A DNA stretch of 64,000 bases from Scyliorhinus canicula (taxonomy: Eukaryota): positions 4,588,001-4,652,000 of the forward strand of contig NC_052170.1 in assembly GCF_902713615.1 (NCBI RefSeq), in the 5' to 3' direction. Numbering within the stretch: position 1 is the first letter of the stretch; every line of letters begins with the position of its first letter. The translations under genes and the position numbers were made by a program. Positions 1 to 14,303 of the stretch are shown piece after piece. Under the pieces are notes generated by a model that worked only from the letters and a program-made list of their open reading frames with translations, searched no databases and was not told the DNA's origin.

Positions 1-160
1 AGCTTGGGTCAGTCTGTGCAGAGTCTGCACGTTCTCCCCGTGTCTGCGTGGGTTTCCTCCGGGTGCTCCGGTTTCCTCCCCCAAGTCCCGAAAGACGTGC
101 TGTTAGATGAATTGGACATTCTGAATTCTCCCTCGGTGTACCCGAACAGGTGCTGGAGTG
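1..160 (+). mobile_element. tRNA-derived SINE, partial (type C body)
   Basis: Core gggtttcctccgggtgctccggtttcctccc followed by caagtcccgaaagacgtgc, shared with 53506-53806. Confidence 0.85.
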
Positions 161-3022
161 TTGGGATGGCCACCAAAAGAGGGCCTCGTTTTGTGAGAAA
201 CCAAATCACCCATTGGTGACCCTTATCTTGCCTGCACTCCAATTTCTCAATATTGTGCCAGCAACCTTCAAGCCCACCCTCACAAGCCCACCATAGCCCA
301 TAGCTTGCATTGTAAACATATGGAGTTTATTTTTTTTGCGGGGGGGTTTCTAAGTCATTGGCTAATGAATCCTCACCTTTCAACCCTGCCCGTTCTGGTG
401 AGCGGATGGGTAATGAACCGGCAGTGCAGTCATGGGAGCTGAAACATTCTGTTCCCATTTGAGACTGTAAACATGCCTGCTTTTGTCTCCTATGAATTAG
501 TCTGTGGGACAGACATTATTTGATATCTTGGGTGAATGCCACATCTGAATAATAATGGCCTCTTGATTAATACCTTTGTGTACAGGCTAATAACTGACCC
601 GGGGCTGAAGCTTCTGCTCTCTCTCCCCCTCTCTCTCTCTCTCTCTCCTCGGCCCTGAGTTACTGTCCATGTGGAGTTTGAACATTCTCCCCATGTCTGT
701 GTGGGTCGTGCCCCCACAAGATGTGCAGTGTAGGTGGATTGGCCACTCTAAATTGCCCCTTAATTGGGGGGGGGGGGGGGAAATAATTGGGTACTCCAAA
801 TTTAAAGAAATTCAGACCGGACTTGGCTTCAATTCTGTTCTCCCAACTCTTTATGTTTTTTCTTCTCTCTCCTTCCTCCACCCCCTCGCCCTGCATAAGT
901 GCCTGTTGTCCATGAGGATCTTTCTTCTGTCTACCTGCCCCGCCCCCCCCATATAACTGTCCATTGTCCATGAGGATAGAGCAACAATCTCACATCCCTA
1001 TCCCAGCCTGGGTCGGCACTTTTGAATTTGAAGAGAAGGACATTCCTGTCAGCGTTGCTAGCTCTCAGCTAAATTAATCCTTTATTTCCAGGGGCACAGC
1101 TAGGAGCATCCCAAGATTTAATCAAAGAAGGGCTTAAAAGATCGTTTAATTTCTTTATCAATCAATGGATGAGGGGAGGATGTTGGACAATCAAGAATCC
1201 ATGCAGTTGGGTCTATTCACTTTCCAATTGGCAACGTCGTGGGGTTCATCCCATTGAGCAACCAAAAGGGGGCCAAAGGGGGTGGGACATGGTCATGTGG
1301 TGACCCATCCAGGATGGTGTCCAGCCAGACGTGGCAATTGATTGGAGGATGTACAATGCTTGTCTGGCAATGATCACCTGAAATTGTACAAAAACATTGA
1401 TATTCCTTGAGGTTGGGTTTTGGATGGATGTCCGGCTGCTATTCAGTCCCGAGGTTGGGGACAAGTCACTAACAATTGTGGTGAATGCTTAATTTGAGAT
1501 TGGTCTTTGGCAGTGTTGTGATGTTTGAGTTTGCTATATAGTTGGCTGAGATACAAAGAGAAGCTGGAGGGGAGAGGGGGGGGAAGGAGTGTCAGAGTTG
1601 GTTCAAAGCAACCCAGTTCTTAAAAAGAAAAATACTATATTAGATCATTTGCTGTAGCAATTAAACTGCAATGTAATTTGTGTTCTGTGTCTTGAGATTG
1701 AGTTCTCAAATTGGTAATCTCTAGCTTCTGATGATGACCCAAATAGTTTTGGCCTTTCAAAATCTTCACAGGCCTGTGTGGAACCAATGAATCCAACATT
1801 AGCTGTTCTCGATCTGAAGCCTAGCACTTTTCAAAGGTGATTCTGTCATGTGGCATTAGGGTAGCTGATTACTGGACTCTGAGGTTGGGGGGGGGTGCGG
1901 AATTAGGGCTAGGTGAAAGCCCTGGGGACCTGGGTTCAAATCCCCATGGGAGTTTATTAAATCTGGAATATGAGGCCAGTCTCAGTAATGATGATGGCAA
2001 AACCATTGTCTATGTTACAAACACCTGATACACTAATGTCCTTTTTCTGGGGAAGGCAATCTGCCAGCCTCGCCTGATCTGGCCCACATGTGACTCCAGC
2101 CCACTGAAATGTGGTTGATTCTGAACTTCCCTCTTCTTTCCGTTCCGGGGCAATTTTGGGATGGGAAACAACATGTCCTTGCCTGTGACGCCCACAACTC
2201 TTGAAGAATAAAACAATCTGATAGGCTAACAAATTACCTTTAAATTGCCTGTTTGTTTTTGCCACTGACTTCCCAGTTCCATGTCTTGCCATTGGTGGCT
2301 GTAACTGTCCAGGCCTGAAAATGGAGTTCTCTCCTTCAACCTTTCAGCTCTCATTGGTAATGTCACCCAGGCTAATCCAGAGGCCCAGGCTGAATGGGGT
2401 TAAATCCCACCTTGGCTGCTTGTGGAGGTGAAAGCTAGTCTCAGTCAATGTGAAACTATTATTTATCATTTACAGCCAATTTTGTTTCTGTCCCCTCCAC
2501 CTTGTCTAGTCTGGCCTACGTGCAACTTCCCTCTGAAATGGTCTAGCATTGGGTAATTGGGAAAAGGCAAAACATGTTGGCCTTGGCAATGACGCTCCCA
2601 TCAGATGCAAGAATAAAAAATCCTCGTAGCCCAGTGCTCCGTCTTGTTAACTCTCCTGAAAGCAGCATAGAAAATGGCCACTGGAATTGAGGCATGTATG
2701 CCACAATGTGCTCCTGATTTTCTTTTTAAATTTCCAGTGTTTTATGGGGGCAAAATTTTGTGTTTGCACATCAACAATGTACATGAGGTCAAATTTCCAC
2801 TTTGTCAAAATGTATCCCCGGGTGAGCCGCATTTTGTAAACCCTGTGGAGATCAATCTTGCAGTGATTAATATTTAAAAATGGGACTGGGACTGAAATTA
2901 ATCTCTTCAATCACAATTAAACCACAGGGTGGTTCACTGCAACTGGCCAGAACCTTCTCTCTCGCTTAGTCTTCTAACCCATTAACATTTTGTTCCTTTC
3001 TCTCACATACTTGGTTAATACA

Positions 3023-3101
3023 GCCATGCTATTTATTCCAGTAAGTTGCCATGCTATTTATTCCAGTAAGTTGCCATGCTATTTATTCCAGTAAGTTGCC
3101 A
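3023..3101. repeat. 25-bp tandem repeat, 3 perfect copies
   Basis: gccatgctatttattccagtaagtt at 3023, 3048 and 3073. Confidence 0.95.
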
Positions 3102-3692
3102 GGTACAAGTGTTTCCTGCATTTGGGGAAAATTCTTCATTGGGTCACACTTCACAAAGAGGCTGTTCCTGAGTTATAGCTCTATACCCAAGTTCTTCCTT
3201 CATCCTGTCTGTCTGTCCTTTCCATTTCTCCCCCACCCCCAATCATTTAAGGAGTGGCCAACTATTGGGTGGAAGGAAAAAGGGTCCCTCAGCTGGGATT
3301 TTATATCATTAAAAATAATGACACCTCACTAGGGGCTTTACAAAACTAGATATAGCACCACTACATGAGGAACAATGGGGCTGATAACCCAAACCTTGAC
3401 TGAAGAGTACAATTTAAGGAATGTCTTGGAGGAAAGGGTTGCAGGAGAGAATTCCAATGTCTTAGAGGCCATGGCAACTGACGTGCAGGATGGGAATTTC
3501 TATGCCTGAGGCCTAGGCAACTCTGGATGCAATTACTGATAGTCTGAGCATTCTCGAGCACTCCTGAATCGGGTGTGCAGACAGGATGGAGGTGGCCAGG
3601 CTGGAGCAGGTGAGGCTGTATAGAGGGTTTTGAAGGCCAGGGTTTAAAATCAATGTGTTCCTCGACCAGGTTCCGATTGGCCAGTGAGCATC

Positions 3693-4035
3693 GGCAGCAC
3701 GGTAGCATTGTGGATAGCACAATTGCTTCATGGCTCCAGTGTCCTAGGTTCGATTCCGGCTTGGGTCAGTGTGTGGAGTCTGCACGTTCTCCCCATGTGT
3801 GTGGGTTTCCTCCGGGTGCTCCGGTTTCCCCCCACAGTCCAAAGATGTGCGGGTTAGGTGGATTGGCCATGATAAATTGCCCTTAGTGTCCAAAATTGTC
3901 CTTGGTGTTGGGTGGGGTTACTGGGTTATGGGGATAGGGTGGAGGTGTTGACCTTGGGTAGGGCTGCTCTTTCCAAAAGCCAGTGCAGACTTGATGGGCT
4001 GCATGGCCTCCTTCTGCACTGTAAATTCTGTGATG
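3693..4035 (+). mobile_element. HE1-like SINE (type A, CR1-type tail)
   Basis: tRNA-like A/B-box head, conserved core and tail gatgggc...ggcctccttctgcactgtaaattct. Confidence 0.9.
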
Positions 4036-5659
4036 GGTGAAGGGACGAACAGGGCTTCCTCAGGGCAGGCAAGATGGACAGCAGAGTTTTGATGACCGCC
4101 CACACAGGACATGGGAGACCTGAGAGGAGTGAGTTGGAAATAGTCTCAGACCCAGAGGTAATGGCAGGTATGGGGTGAGGAATGAATGAGAAGAGTTTGA
4201 GGAGCTCTCGCCAATGCCCTGGCCAATATTTATTCCTCCATAATCCAGTTAGAATCCCACTGGGATCTTGCTGGCTGTGTAACCTACATTTCAGGAAAGT
4301 GCTTCATTGCCTTCAAGTGCTTTGAGATGAGGTTTTTAAAGCTGCTGTGTAGTCCTGCTCATGGAGCAGCATGCTGCAGATTCGGCTGTCTTTGAGTGTG
4401 CTACCTCGCTCTTACAAGCAAGCAACCGTTTAGTTTACATAATGTAAATATGGGCTGATGTAGCAGTCTATTGATCTGGTCAAACAGTGACTGGCTATGA
4501 GGCACTTTGTTTTAATTTATACTGTTGCACCTGGACGGTGGAGGCCATTCGGCCTGTCCATGTTGATACTGGCCCCCTGCAAGAGCAACTTCCCACTGCT
4601 ACCCATTCCCTATTGTCACTCTGCAAACTTTCTCGATATCCAATTCCTTTTTGAAGTCCTGGCTTTGAATCTGCCCCCAGCACACGCTCGGACATTCCAG
4701 ACCCAGCCACCGGCTGCATTTTGTGTAAAGCGTCCTCGTATTGCTGATGCTTCTGGTCAGTGGTCCTCCCCTTTCTGCCAATAGAAACCGTTTCCTTGCT
4801 GTCCAGACCCCTTGATGGTTTGATTGCAGTTCTCAATCTCCTGGAGCCGGAGAACGGCTCCAGCATCTCTGATCTATAATTGTAGCTATCTGTGACACAC
4901 TTCTTGTGAACTAGTTGGCACCATCACTAATGCTTCCACCTTTCTTGCCATGTGCAGAATTAAACACTTCCAATCAATATTTGTGGTTCATCACTTTTTT
5001 TACTGTCTCCAATCGTGAAGCCCAGCATCCTGTGTTAACCACTTCACAACCTTCCTTGCCACTTGCAACTATTTTATGCATGTATAGTCCCATCCCACCT
5101 TATTTGGATTGTATTTTTATTTATGTTTTTAGTTTATATATTACTTCCACTGTCTTTGCATTACCAGCAAGGAGGTGGTAACATCAGAGGCCCAGCCTAA
5201 TGCTCTGGGGACCTGGGTTCCGAACCCACCACAGCAGATGGTGAACCTTGAATTGAACTAATAAATCTGGAATATATAGAGTTGGTGACAAAACCCACCT
5301 GATTTGCTGATGTCCTGTATGTGTCCCCCAGACTCTCAGCCAAGTGGATTGACTTGTTAACCACCCTCTGTTTCTAGTAATTTGGGGGATGGGCAGCACA
5401 TGCTGGGCTTTGTTGGTGATGTCAGTGTCCTACGAAGGGATAGATTTAAATCTTGGAGCTGGTCTCTTTGGTGGCATGGCTGCAAGCTGTCTGGGGGTTT
5501 GCTCCATGGGATCAGCTTCAAGTGCTGTTCTCTCTTGTTGGAAGGGAGCTGGCAGGCAAGGTCCTGGCAAATCGGCCAGTGGGACAATCATTTGTGCCGT
5601 GAAGCCTGTGTGGTGTCTTGTTAAGTGGCCCAATTAGCATTTGATTACCAGTGGCGGCT

Positions 5660-6130
5660 GTAGCGATATCATGGATATGTTGTAATTCACCGACTGACCA
5701 CTAGGAGTCTCATTAGTATATAAGTGAACCCAGAGTCAGGTGACCTCAGACTGACCAGGGAGCTGGGAGAGAGGTTGCTTGTGCATGTTCATACTGTTAT
5801 TCATCTGTTTTGTGTATATATTGAACACGCAGTTAATGTTGAATCATTTGGGCAGCACAGTGGCACATGGTTAGCACTGCTGCCTCGCAGCACTTGAGGA
5901 CCCGGGTTCGATCCCGGTTCTGGGTCACTCTCCGTGTGGAGTTTGCACATTCTCCCAGTGTCTGTGGGTTTCGGCCCCACAACCCAAAGATGTGCAGGGT
6001 AGGTGGATTGGCCACGCTAAATTGCCCCTTAATTGGGAAAAATTGAATTTGGTACTCGCTTTAATTTTAATAGTTTTTGGCTACAAGTGTTCTTGTAATA
6101 TAAAGGGCCATCTGACAAAGATGACAATGA
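5660..6130 (+). mobile_element. Probable solo LTR interrupted by a SINE at 5850-6070 (boundaries approximate)
   Basis: TATATAA at about 5717 preceded by ccactagg, with LTR-like composition. Termini and TSD not resolved. Confidence 0.45.
5850..6070 (+). mobile_element. tRNA-derived SINE (type B, A/T-rich end)
   Basis: Same head, short core, ends aaattgccccttaattgg...ggtactc. Confidence 0.85.
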
Positions 6131-7002
6131 CCTCGCCGGTTTGACCATCTGGATGCTCACGACGGTTCCTGCTCGCCTCCACACCTTTGGGGTCTGTTAT
6201 CTACAAGCATGACACTGCATTCCAGTCACTTGCCACTTCAGTTGTGCATCGTTCTAATGAACCTCTCTATGCAGCACATTGCCTTTCAGTTTGGCACATC
6301 ACAACCTTCTGCGCTGAGTAAAACAATTTTCCATCCTAAACAGTGCTCCCAGGTGCTGTTGGTAAATTTGTTCTCCGGCTTATCGCAGACCTTATCTCCT
6401 CCACATCACTGAATTTTCTTGACCGTATGTCTCCCAACCTTCTGCAGTCCTTGCTGGTTAAAGTCCCTCACCTGGGCTGGGTGGTCCCCACCTGGGCCCT
6501 GGGCTGAGTGTTTCCTGAATCATTAAGCACAGAAGGCTAGTCAGACCATCTTGGCTGTCCTAGGGAGCAGTTTGCATACTGCCACACCCCTACCATCACC
6601 CCACTTCCCTGTACACCACTTTAATAAAAAATAAATAAAAAAAATAAAATATCTGAAACATTTAATGTGGAGGGTGGTAGATGTGGCATGCCTCATCTTT
6701 AAAAAGTACCTGGATGAGCACTTGGGTGTGCCGTAACATTCCAGATTGTGGGCCAAATGCTGGCAAGTGGGATTAGGTGGGCAAGGTGTGCATTGGTGCC
6801 GATTCGATGGGCTGAAGGGCCTCTTTTGCACTGTAGTATTCTGTGGAGAAACTTCAACACAAGGCCATTCTGCACCTGCCTCGTGTCTGTCTAGGCCTAA
6901 AGAGCCAGCCAGCCTGATCCAATTTTCCAGCACTTGGCCCATAGCCCCACGTGGGGGTCATGTAGACCACCTCATTCTCATTACCTCAATTCGGTCCAGT
7001 TG

Positions 7003-7172
7003 AAATGAAAATGAAAATCACTTATTGTCACGAGTAGGCTTCAATGAAGTTACTGTGAAAAGTCCCTAGTCACCACATTCCGGCGCCTGTTCGGGGAGGC
7101 TGTTACGGGAATCGAACAGTGCTGCTGGCCTGCTTTCAAAGCCAGCGATTTAGTGCAGTGTGCTAAACAGTG
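7003..7172 (-). mobile_element. Short SINE (type D) with (cattt)n end
   Basis: Near-identical to 33436-33596 and 56308-56423. Confidence 0.85.
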
Positions 7173-8080
7173 GGTGGTTATTCTGTTAGTTGTTAATCAG
7201 ACCCTACCTTTCCTTAACAAGCCCATGCTGACTGTCCTTGGAAGTGACCAGGTTTATCCTTTCCCTCAGAATTGATACCAATAATTTTCCCATTACCAGG
7301 GTTCTAGCACATTGCATTTTCTGATGACAGCACAGATTTTGCGTGGTTATAGACTGCGCAGTGATGTGTGACAGTAACAGTAGTGATTTGTCATTGTTCT
7401 CTGACTGGCGCAGCATTTGCTGGCTGTATTTGCATCCAAGATGCAGGGGGAAGGAAGCGAGGGTGGGTTTGTTGCTTCAAGGGATGTGGGCTTTGATGCT
7501 TCACTTGTCCATCCTGCCCTCTGGTTTGAGCTGCTGCTGTCCATGTGGTGTAGGTACACCACGGTGCTCTGGGAGGGAGTTCCAGGAGTTTGACCCAGTG
7601 ACAGTGAATGGACTATTTCCAAGTCGGGCTGGAGAGTGACTGGGGGGGGGGGGGGGGGGAGAAACTTGCAGGTGGTTGTGTCCCAAGGTGTCTGCTGCCT
7701 TTGCCCTTCCAGATAGTAGGGGTCACTGGTTTGGAAGGTGCTGCCTAAGGAGCCTTGGTGAGTTACTGCAGTGCATCTTGTAGATGGTGCACATGGCTGC
7801 TACTGCCTCGGTGGTGCAGGGAGTGTATAGCGAGGGCAGGGACGAGAGTATTCCATTACTCCTGATTTGTGCACAGGCTTTGGGGAGACTGGACCCCCTC
7901 TGCACGATTCCAAGCCTTTGGCCTACTCTGGTAGCCACAGTATTTTTATATGACTAGTCTCACTCCATTTCTGGTGAATGGTAAGTCTAAGGATGTTAGT
8001 GGAGGATTTGGTGTGGTAATTGATGTCAAAGGGCAAAGGTTAACCTCTGGTTGCTGATGGTCATTGCACATGGCAGCATG

Positions 8081-8378
8081 GTGGTTAGCGTCGATGCTTC
8101 ACAGCTCCAGGGTCCCAGGTTCGGTTCCCGGCTGGGTCACTGTTCCCCGTGTGTGCGTGGGTTTCCTCCGGGTGCTCCAGTTTCCTCCCACAGTCCAAAG
8201 ATGTGCGGGTTAGGTTGGATTGGCCATGCTAAATTGCCTGTAGTGTCCTAAAAAGTAAGGTTGGGGGGGGGGGGGGGGGGGGGGGGGTTGTTGGGTTACA
8301 GGTATAGGGTGGATATGTGGGTTTGAGTAGGGTGATCATTGCTCGGCACAACATCGAGGGCCAAAGGGCCTGTTCTAT
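8081..8378 (+). mobile_element. HE1-like SINE (type A) with a long internal G run
   Basis: Matches 27466-27788 along its length. Confidence 0.88.
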
Positions 8379-8809
8379 CTGCATTTCTGACCTTCTGTTG
8401 GAAGGGAGGTCCTTGATGAAACCAAAAAGAAAATGCTGGAAAATCTCAGCAGGTCTGGCAGCATCTGTAGGGAGAGAAGAGCTAACGTTTCGAGCCCAGA
8501 TGACTTTGTCAAAGCTGCCACTTGATAGCACTGTTGACAACCCCTTTCCTCACTGATTGAGATGGGACTGATAGAACCGTAATTGGCCGGGTTGCATTTG
8601 TCCTGTTTCTTGTGCACAGGACCTGATTGCTGGGTAGGTGCCAGTGTTGTAGCTGTACTGGAATAGCTTGACTAGGGGTACGGCAAGTTCTGGAGCACGA
8701 GTGATATTGTTGGGGCCCGTAGCCTTTGCAGGTCTAGTGTCTTCAGCCAGTTCTTATTGGCTGAAGGCTGTCATCTGTGATGCTGGGGCCTCTGGAGGGG
8801 ACAGACAGA

Positions 8810-9530
8810 AAGAAACAAAAAGAAATAGGAGCAGGAGGAGGCTATTTGGCTCTTCAAGCCCGTTCCGCCATTCGTTATGATCATGGCTGATAATCCAACC
8901 ACATCCTGCTTTTTTACCCCCCCGTATCCTTTGCCGTAAGTGCTATATCTAACTGCTTCTTGAAACCATACAATGTTCTGGGCTCTCTACTTCCTGTGGT
9001 AATGAATTCCACAGGCTCACCCTCTCTGGGTGAAGAAATTTCTCATCTCTGTCCTGAATGGTCTACCCTGTATCTGTACCCTACCCCTGGTTCTGGGCAC
9101 CCCCACCATCGGGAACATCCTTCCTGCATCTACCCTGACCACCAAAGTGGATATTCTTGCTTTTCTTCAAATTATACTGCACCTGCCATTCATTTGCCCA
9201 CTCACTCCCAACATGTCCTAATCACACTGAAGGATCTCTGCATCTTCCTCACAGCTCACCCTCCCACCCAACTTGGTGTCATTTGCAAATTTGGAGAGAT
9301 GACATTTTGTTCCCTCATCTAAATCATTAATATATATTGCGACTAGCTGGGGTCCCAGCACCGATCCCTGTGACTAGTCACAACCTACCAATTTGAAATT
9401 CCTACTGTTTCCTGTCTGCCAACCATTTTTCTATCCATCTCAATACATTGCTTCCAATCCCATGAGCTTTAATTTTACACGCTAATCCTTTGTGGGACTT
9501 TAAGCCTTCTGAAAATCCAAATACACCACA
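8810..9530 (-). mobile_element. Degenerate CR1-clade LINE fragments
   Basis: Peptide remnant KIKAHGIGSNVLRWIEKWLADRKQ and a CR1-type 3' tail near 8820-8890. Confidence 0.75.
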
Positions 9531-12500
9531 TCCACTGGCTCCCCCTCTTCTACTTGTTACATCCTCAAGAATTCCAGATGGATCATCCACTTGGCACTTG
9601 CGGCCAATTTGTGGAAAGTGCTTCGGCCTTCTCTTCGTCATTGATGTGCTGGGCGCCTCCTCATTGAGGATGGGGATATTCATGGAACCTTCTCCTTCAG
9701 TGAGTTCTTTAATTGTCCACCATCATTCACAGCTGGATATGGTAGGACTGCAGAGCCAAGGACAGGACATGGGTGAACCAGATAGGTTTATCAACATGGT
9801 TTCATGGTCATCATTAGACTTTTGTGTCTGTCACAGAACAAGATTTGACGTACGTTTTCTTCTTCCCCCACCCCCCAGAAAAAAATCATTGAACTCTTTG
9901 TGTACCTTTTTTTATTTGTGTACCTTTTATCAAATACAATGAGATTATTATTTGAGACTCTGTAGAACAGGCTAAAAGAGGGGGTGTGGTGATTTGTGTA
10001 GATGCAATGGGGTGGGTGGGGGGGGGGGGGGGGGGGGAAAGGGGGAAATGATCTCCTGTTGCAAGTATTCTGATGGATTTGTATCTTGCCTGAAGAAAGT
10101 CCCAGAATGGTTTCTGCTGAAACGCTGTTCATGAATCTCAAAAGATTGTGATATATTTGAGATTTTAATGCTCTGGCTGATGACAAATATTCAAGCGGTT
10201 TGTGGGGCATTACAAAAAGCATCGTTTTGCAGTCAGTGATTCATCGCAACACTGGGGTATGATCAGGACTGTTTTTTTTTGGGGGGGGGGCTTTGATCAT
10301 TGAGCTGCTGTTCCAGGCTGTGATAGTTTAAAACACCAGCAGAGACAGGCTCCCTAATCACAAACTGTTAACGATGCCACTGATTTGGGTTCCCATCTGT
10401 GACCCATTTTGCTGGAGGCTTATCCGTCACTCGGGTCAGCTCGTTCCAAAAGGCAGGTTGAGATGGGAATCGCTGACAACTGGCACAATGCTGGAAAAGG
10501 GATCGACTCCCTGTTTCTTCACTACTTACCTAAGCTTGGGGGGGGGGGGGGGGGGAAGAGGCGAGAAATGGGGCTGACGTTCCCTCCGAGTCCTGCCCAG
10601 GTTTGACACCAGGAGCCTTTGATGATATTTCCCCTCCATCTCTGCACCAGTGCTTGTGTTCATTTCCATAAACTGCTTGTCCAATAAATGACTTGTCCTT
10701 TTTAAAACATTGTTGGTAGTGCACAGGAGCAGGGATGTGCTGTGATGTGTGCTTTTGCCAGATGAATGGGGTTGCATTGTGGTTGTCAATAGAATACCCA
10801 TGTTTGGGGTATCAAATGTCTGAAGGGGGGGGGGGGGGGGGGGTGGGGGGCACCCAGTAGTGCAGTTGGAATTCCTTTTCCGAATGGAAGATGGCCAGAC
10901 TGTTTTGGCCTGTAAGAATGCCCAGGCACAGTACCAGTCATTACAGCTCTGATGCTGTAGCAATCATTGACTGAATATTTGCATGTCATGCTTTAGTTTG
11001 ATTGCACGTAAACACAGAGCCAGGGAACAGATTGCAGCAAGCAAGAGGCTTCACAATGTTACACCGGCAACAGGATTGTTCCCCAGATCTCTCCATCTGA
11101 GGCAACATCCTTCCTAATGTTTCAAATGTTGCATGTGACAGGTGTCCGGTTTTAAATTCACCTTGGCCTTAAATCTGCATGGTGAGCAGAAACAGATGGA
11201 CAGTGTGGTAGCTGACAGGCGGATTCCTCCAATCTAGAGATTACTCTAGGGTTCTGTGGTTAGCACTGCTGCCTCAGAGCGGTAGGGACCTGGGTTCAAT
11301 TCCAGCCTCGGGTCACTCTCTGTGGAGTTTGTATGTTCCACCCTGTCTGCATGGATTTCCTCCGGGTGCTCTGGTTTCTTCCCACAGTCCAAAATGAGCA
11401 GAGGTAATGATAAATTGCCCCTTAGTGTCCAATATATATAAATGGGAGAAAACGTAGTGGGTCTGATTAGCAAGTTTGCAGATGATACTGAAATGGCAAT
11501 AATTGTGGATAGTGAAGGAGATTGTCAGAGAATACAACAGGATGTAGATAGGCTGCAAAATTGGGATGGGACTTGGGGATGTAACGGACCCTTGATGGAC
11601 TGGACATGCCAGTTGTGGGGGAGGATAGGAAACGGGGGCTGGAAACACCACTAGAACTGGGAGAACTCATGGGGAGCATCAATTGCATGCAGGTGGGAAA
11701 GTCGCCGAGACCAGACTGACTTCTACACAAAATTCATGGCGGCACTGGCCCTGCATCTGCAGGGAATGTTCACAGACTCACTGCCAGGGGACACATTGCC
11801 ACCTACACTGGCACAAGCCTCCATCTTGCTGAGTGGCTTGGAGGGAAACTAGTGGGTGGTGTTCCCATGTGTCCTGCCCTTCTGCTAGATGGTTTGGAAG
11901 GTGCTGCCCAAGATGCATGGGTGCGTTGTTGCAGTGCATCTTGCAGGTGGTACATATGGCTGAGAATCCCTACAGAAGGAGGCTGTTTGGCCCATCGGGT
12001 TTGCACCGACCCTCTGAAAGAGCACCCCACTTAAGGCCACTCCCCTGCCTTATCCTGTTAACCCCTTAACCTCATCTAATCTGCACATCTTTGGCCAGCA
12101 GGAGGAAACCAACACAGACACGGGGAGGAAGTGTTACTCAGTCACCTGAGCCCAGAATTGAACATGGGTCCCTGGTGCTGTGAGGCAGCTTTGCTGACCA
12201 CTGTCACCCCAACAAGGGAGTGACTTTATCTGGGATGGTGTTGTGGAGTGTTTGTTGGCTTAAACATTCCACGTGCCGGTTATTGTCTGAATGTCAAGAT
12301 CTAAAACTGCTTTTAGTCAGGCAATCTTAAGAGCCAGCAGGGTTGGAGCAGGTGTTGACACCCAAGGGCGAAAGGAAGCATATTTTTGGGTTTTCTGTTT
12401 TGGAAACTGGACCATAGACAGCAATAATTGGTGGGTGCATTGTGACTGATTCTCAGTAATACAGGGCCTTTTAATGCACCAGTAGAATTTGGTGTTTAAT

Positions 12501-12769
12501 GCAGCATCTGTTGCAGGGAATCGGTATAAGGCAGGTGCTGAGTCAGTAAAGCTGTTTTGATGTAGCATTAATTAAATGGTAGCAGGTGTTTCTGCTCCTG
12601 TTTTCAATGTTTTCAGTTGGGAATGAATGAAAAGAACCTAAAAAAAAATCTGATTCTCATTTTCGTAAATCTAATCTCTCCTCTCCCTAACTGGCACCGG
12701 ATTTACAACCTGGATTTGACTCTTTCCCCCCCCCCCCCCCCCCCCCCAACCAGGGGAGGGGGAAAGTCA

Positions 12770-13020
12770 GGGCATCATGTGGCACAGTGGTTAGCACTGC
12801 TGCAATGCGGCGACAACGACCCAAGTTCAATCCCGCTCTGGGTCACTGTCTGCGTGTGTGGAGTTTGCACATTCTCCCTGTGTCTGCATGGATCTCATAC
12901 CCCTCTTTCTCTTCCTTCCCCCCCCCCCCCCAAAACAACCCAAAGATGGGCAGTTAGTGGCCACACTAAATTGCCCCTTAATTGGGGGGAAGAAAATTGG
13001 ATACTCTAAATTTTATTTAA
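12770..13020 (+). mobile_element. tRNA-derived SINE (type B)
   Basis: Head gtggcacagtggttagcactgctgc, end aaattgccccttaattgg...atactctaaattt. Confidence 0.8.
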
Positions 13021-14303
13021 AAATAAAGGAAAATTTAAATAAGGAAGTGAGATTCTGGTGAATTACTGGTGCCCCCGCTCCACTTTCAACCGTCGCTTTT
13101 CACAGTAACTTTATTGAAGCATACTTGCGACAGTAAGCTGTTATTATTAGTTTGAAGTCCAGATCTGTGCAGGCTACCTCTTAATTCCTGGCTTATGAAC
13201 TGTACTAGTAAACTAACCTGTAACGTCTGCGGCACTCAAACCAGCTAGTCTGGTGACCTGGAGTAGAATTGGAAAATGCTGCAAGCGCTCTGCAGAGCAT
13301 CTGTGGAGAAATGGAAATATCTTTCCAACTCCTAGGTGGAGCCATCTTTAAGGGCGATATATACTTTATAGGGTGGTGTGGGGTCCTCCCTGTTTTGCAG
13401 TGGTTTTTCTCTCTCTCACCCTGACATCACCAGGTTGTAGATGCAGTCCTGGAGTATTTTAATGAACTATGTCGTTTTGCATCCTTTTACTGCTTCAGGA
13501 TCACCTAGCTGATCTTCCTGATTGAAGAACTTTTAGGCATCTGGACTAAGATGGTGCCACTGACTCCATGACCCTGACACTGGGGGGCAGGGGAGGAAAG
13601 GAAATGTTTCTCCTGCGCTCCCCCCCCCCCCCCCCCCATTCCTAGTTTATTGAGGACAGTGTTTCCTAATTGGCTTGAGAATTGAAGGCACTCGCAATTG
13701 CATTGACATCTGCATCCAATGGCAAGAGGCTGGAGTCAGCCATGTGATATCAGGAATATGTGAGCAACCCTTTTGCACGTAACCCAGGAAACCTGGCCTG
13801 CGAAGCCTGTTGAGATTTGGTGACCGTGTTCACAGCTCGTATGCTTCTTGTTGACAATGTAGAATTTGTTCTTTTCCATCTGGCAGTCTTGGAAGGTTTC
13901 TATCAAGCAACATGATTCCATGTGAAGGTGTTGAGAATCTGAATTGGGCCATGCAACTATTTAAGTAAATTGACTGACTGTAGGGTTTTCTTAATGAGCT
14001 TCGCTGCAAAATCCCCAAGATTGTTTCTGATTCTCTCTGCTCTTACACCAACCCTCGCTCTCCCTGTTTTAACCTCTAATTCGCTGTCCCCCATTCTTAA
14101 CTCCCCTTCCCCCAACGAAAGACTTGGTGGGTCGCACAGTGGTTAGCACTGTTGCTTCACAGCACCAGGGACCCGGGTTCGATTCCCGGCTAGGGTCACT
14201 GACTGTGCGGAGTCTGCGCCTACTTGTGACAATAATAAAGATTATGATGCAGTTGGTGGGTATAAAGTGCTTTAATTTTTCAAATAAATTTTAGAGTACC
14301 CAA

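Noticed and set aside
10030-11160. Possible very old RTE-like endonuclease remnant on the minus strand
   Set aside because: There are only faint peptide echoes, which I cannot support without a profile search.
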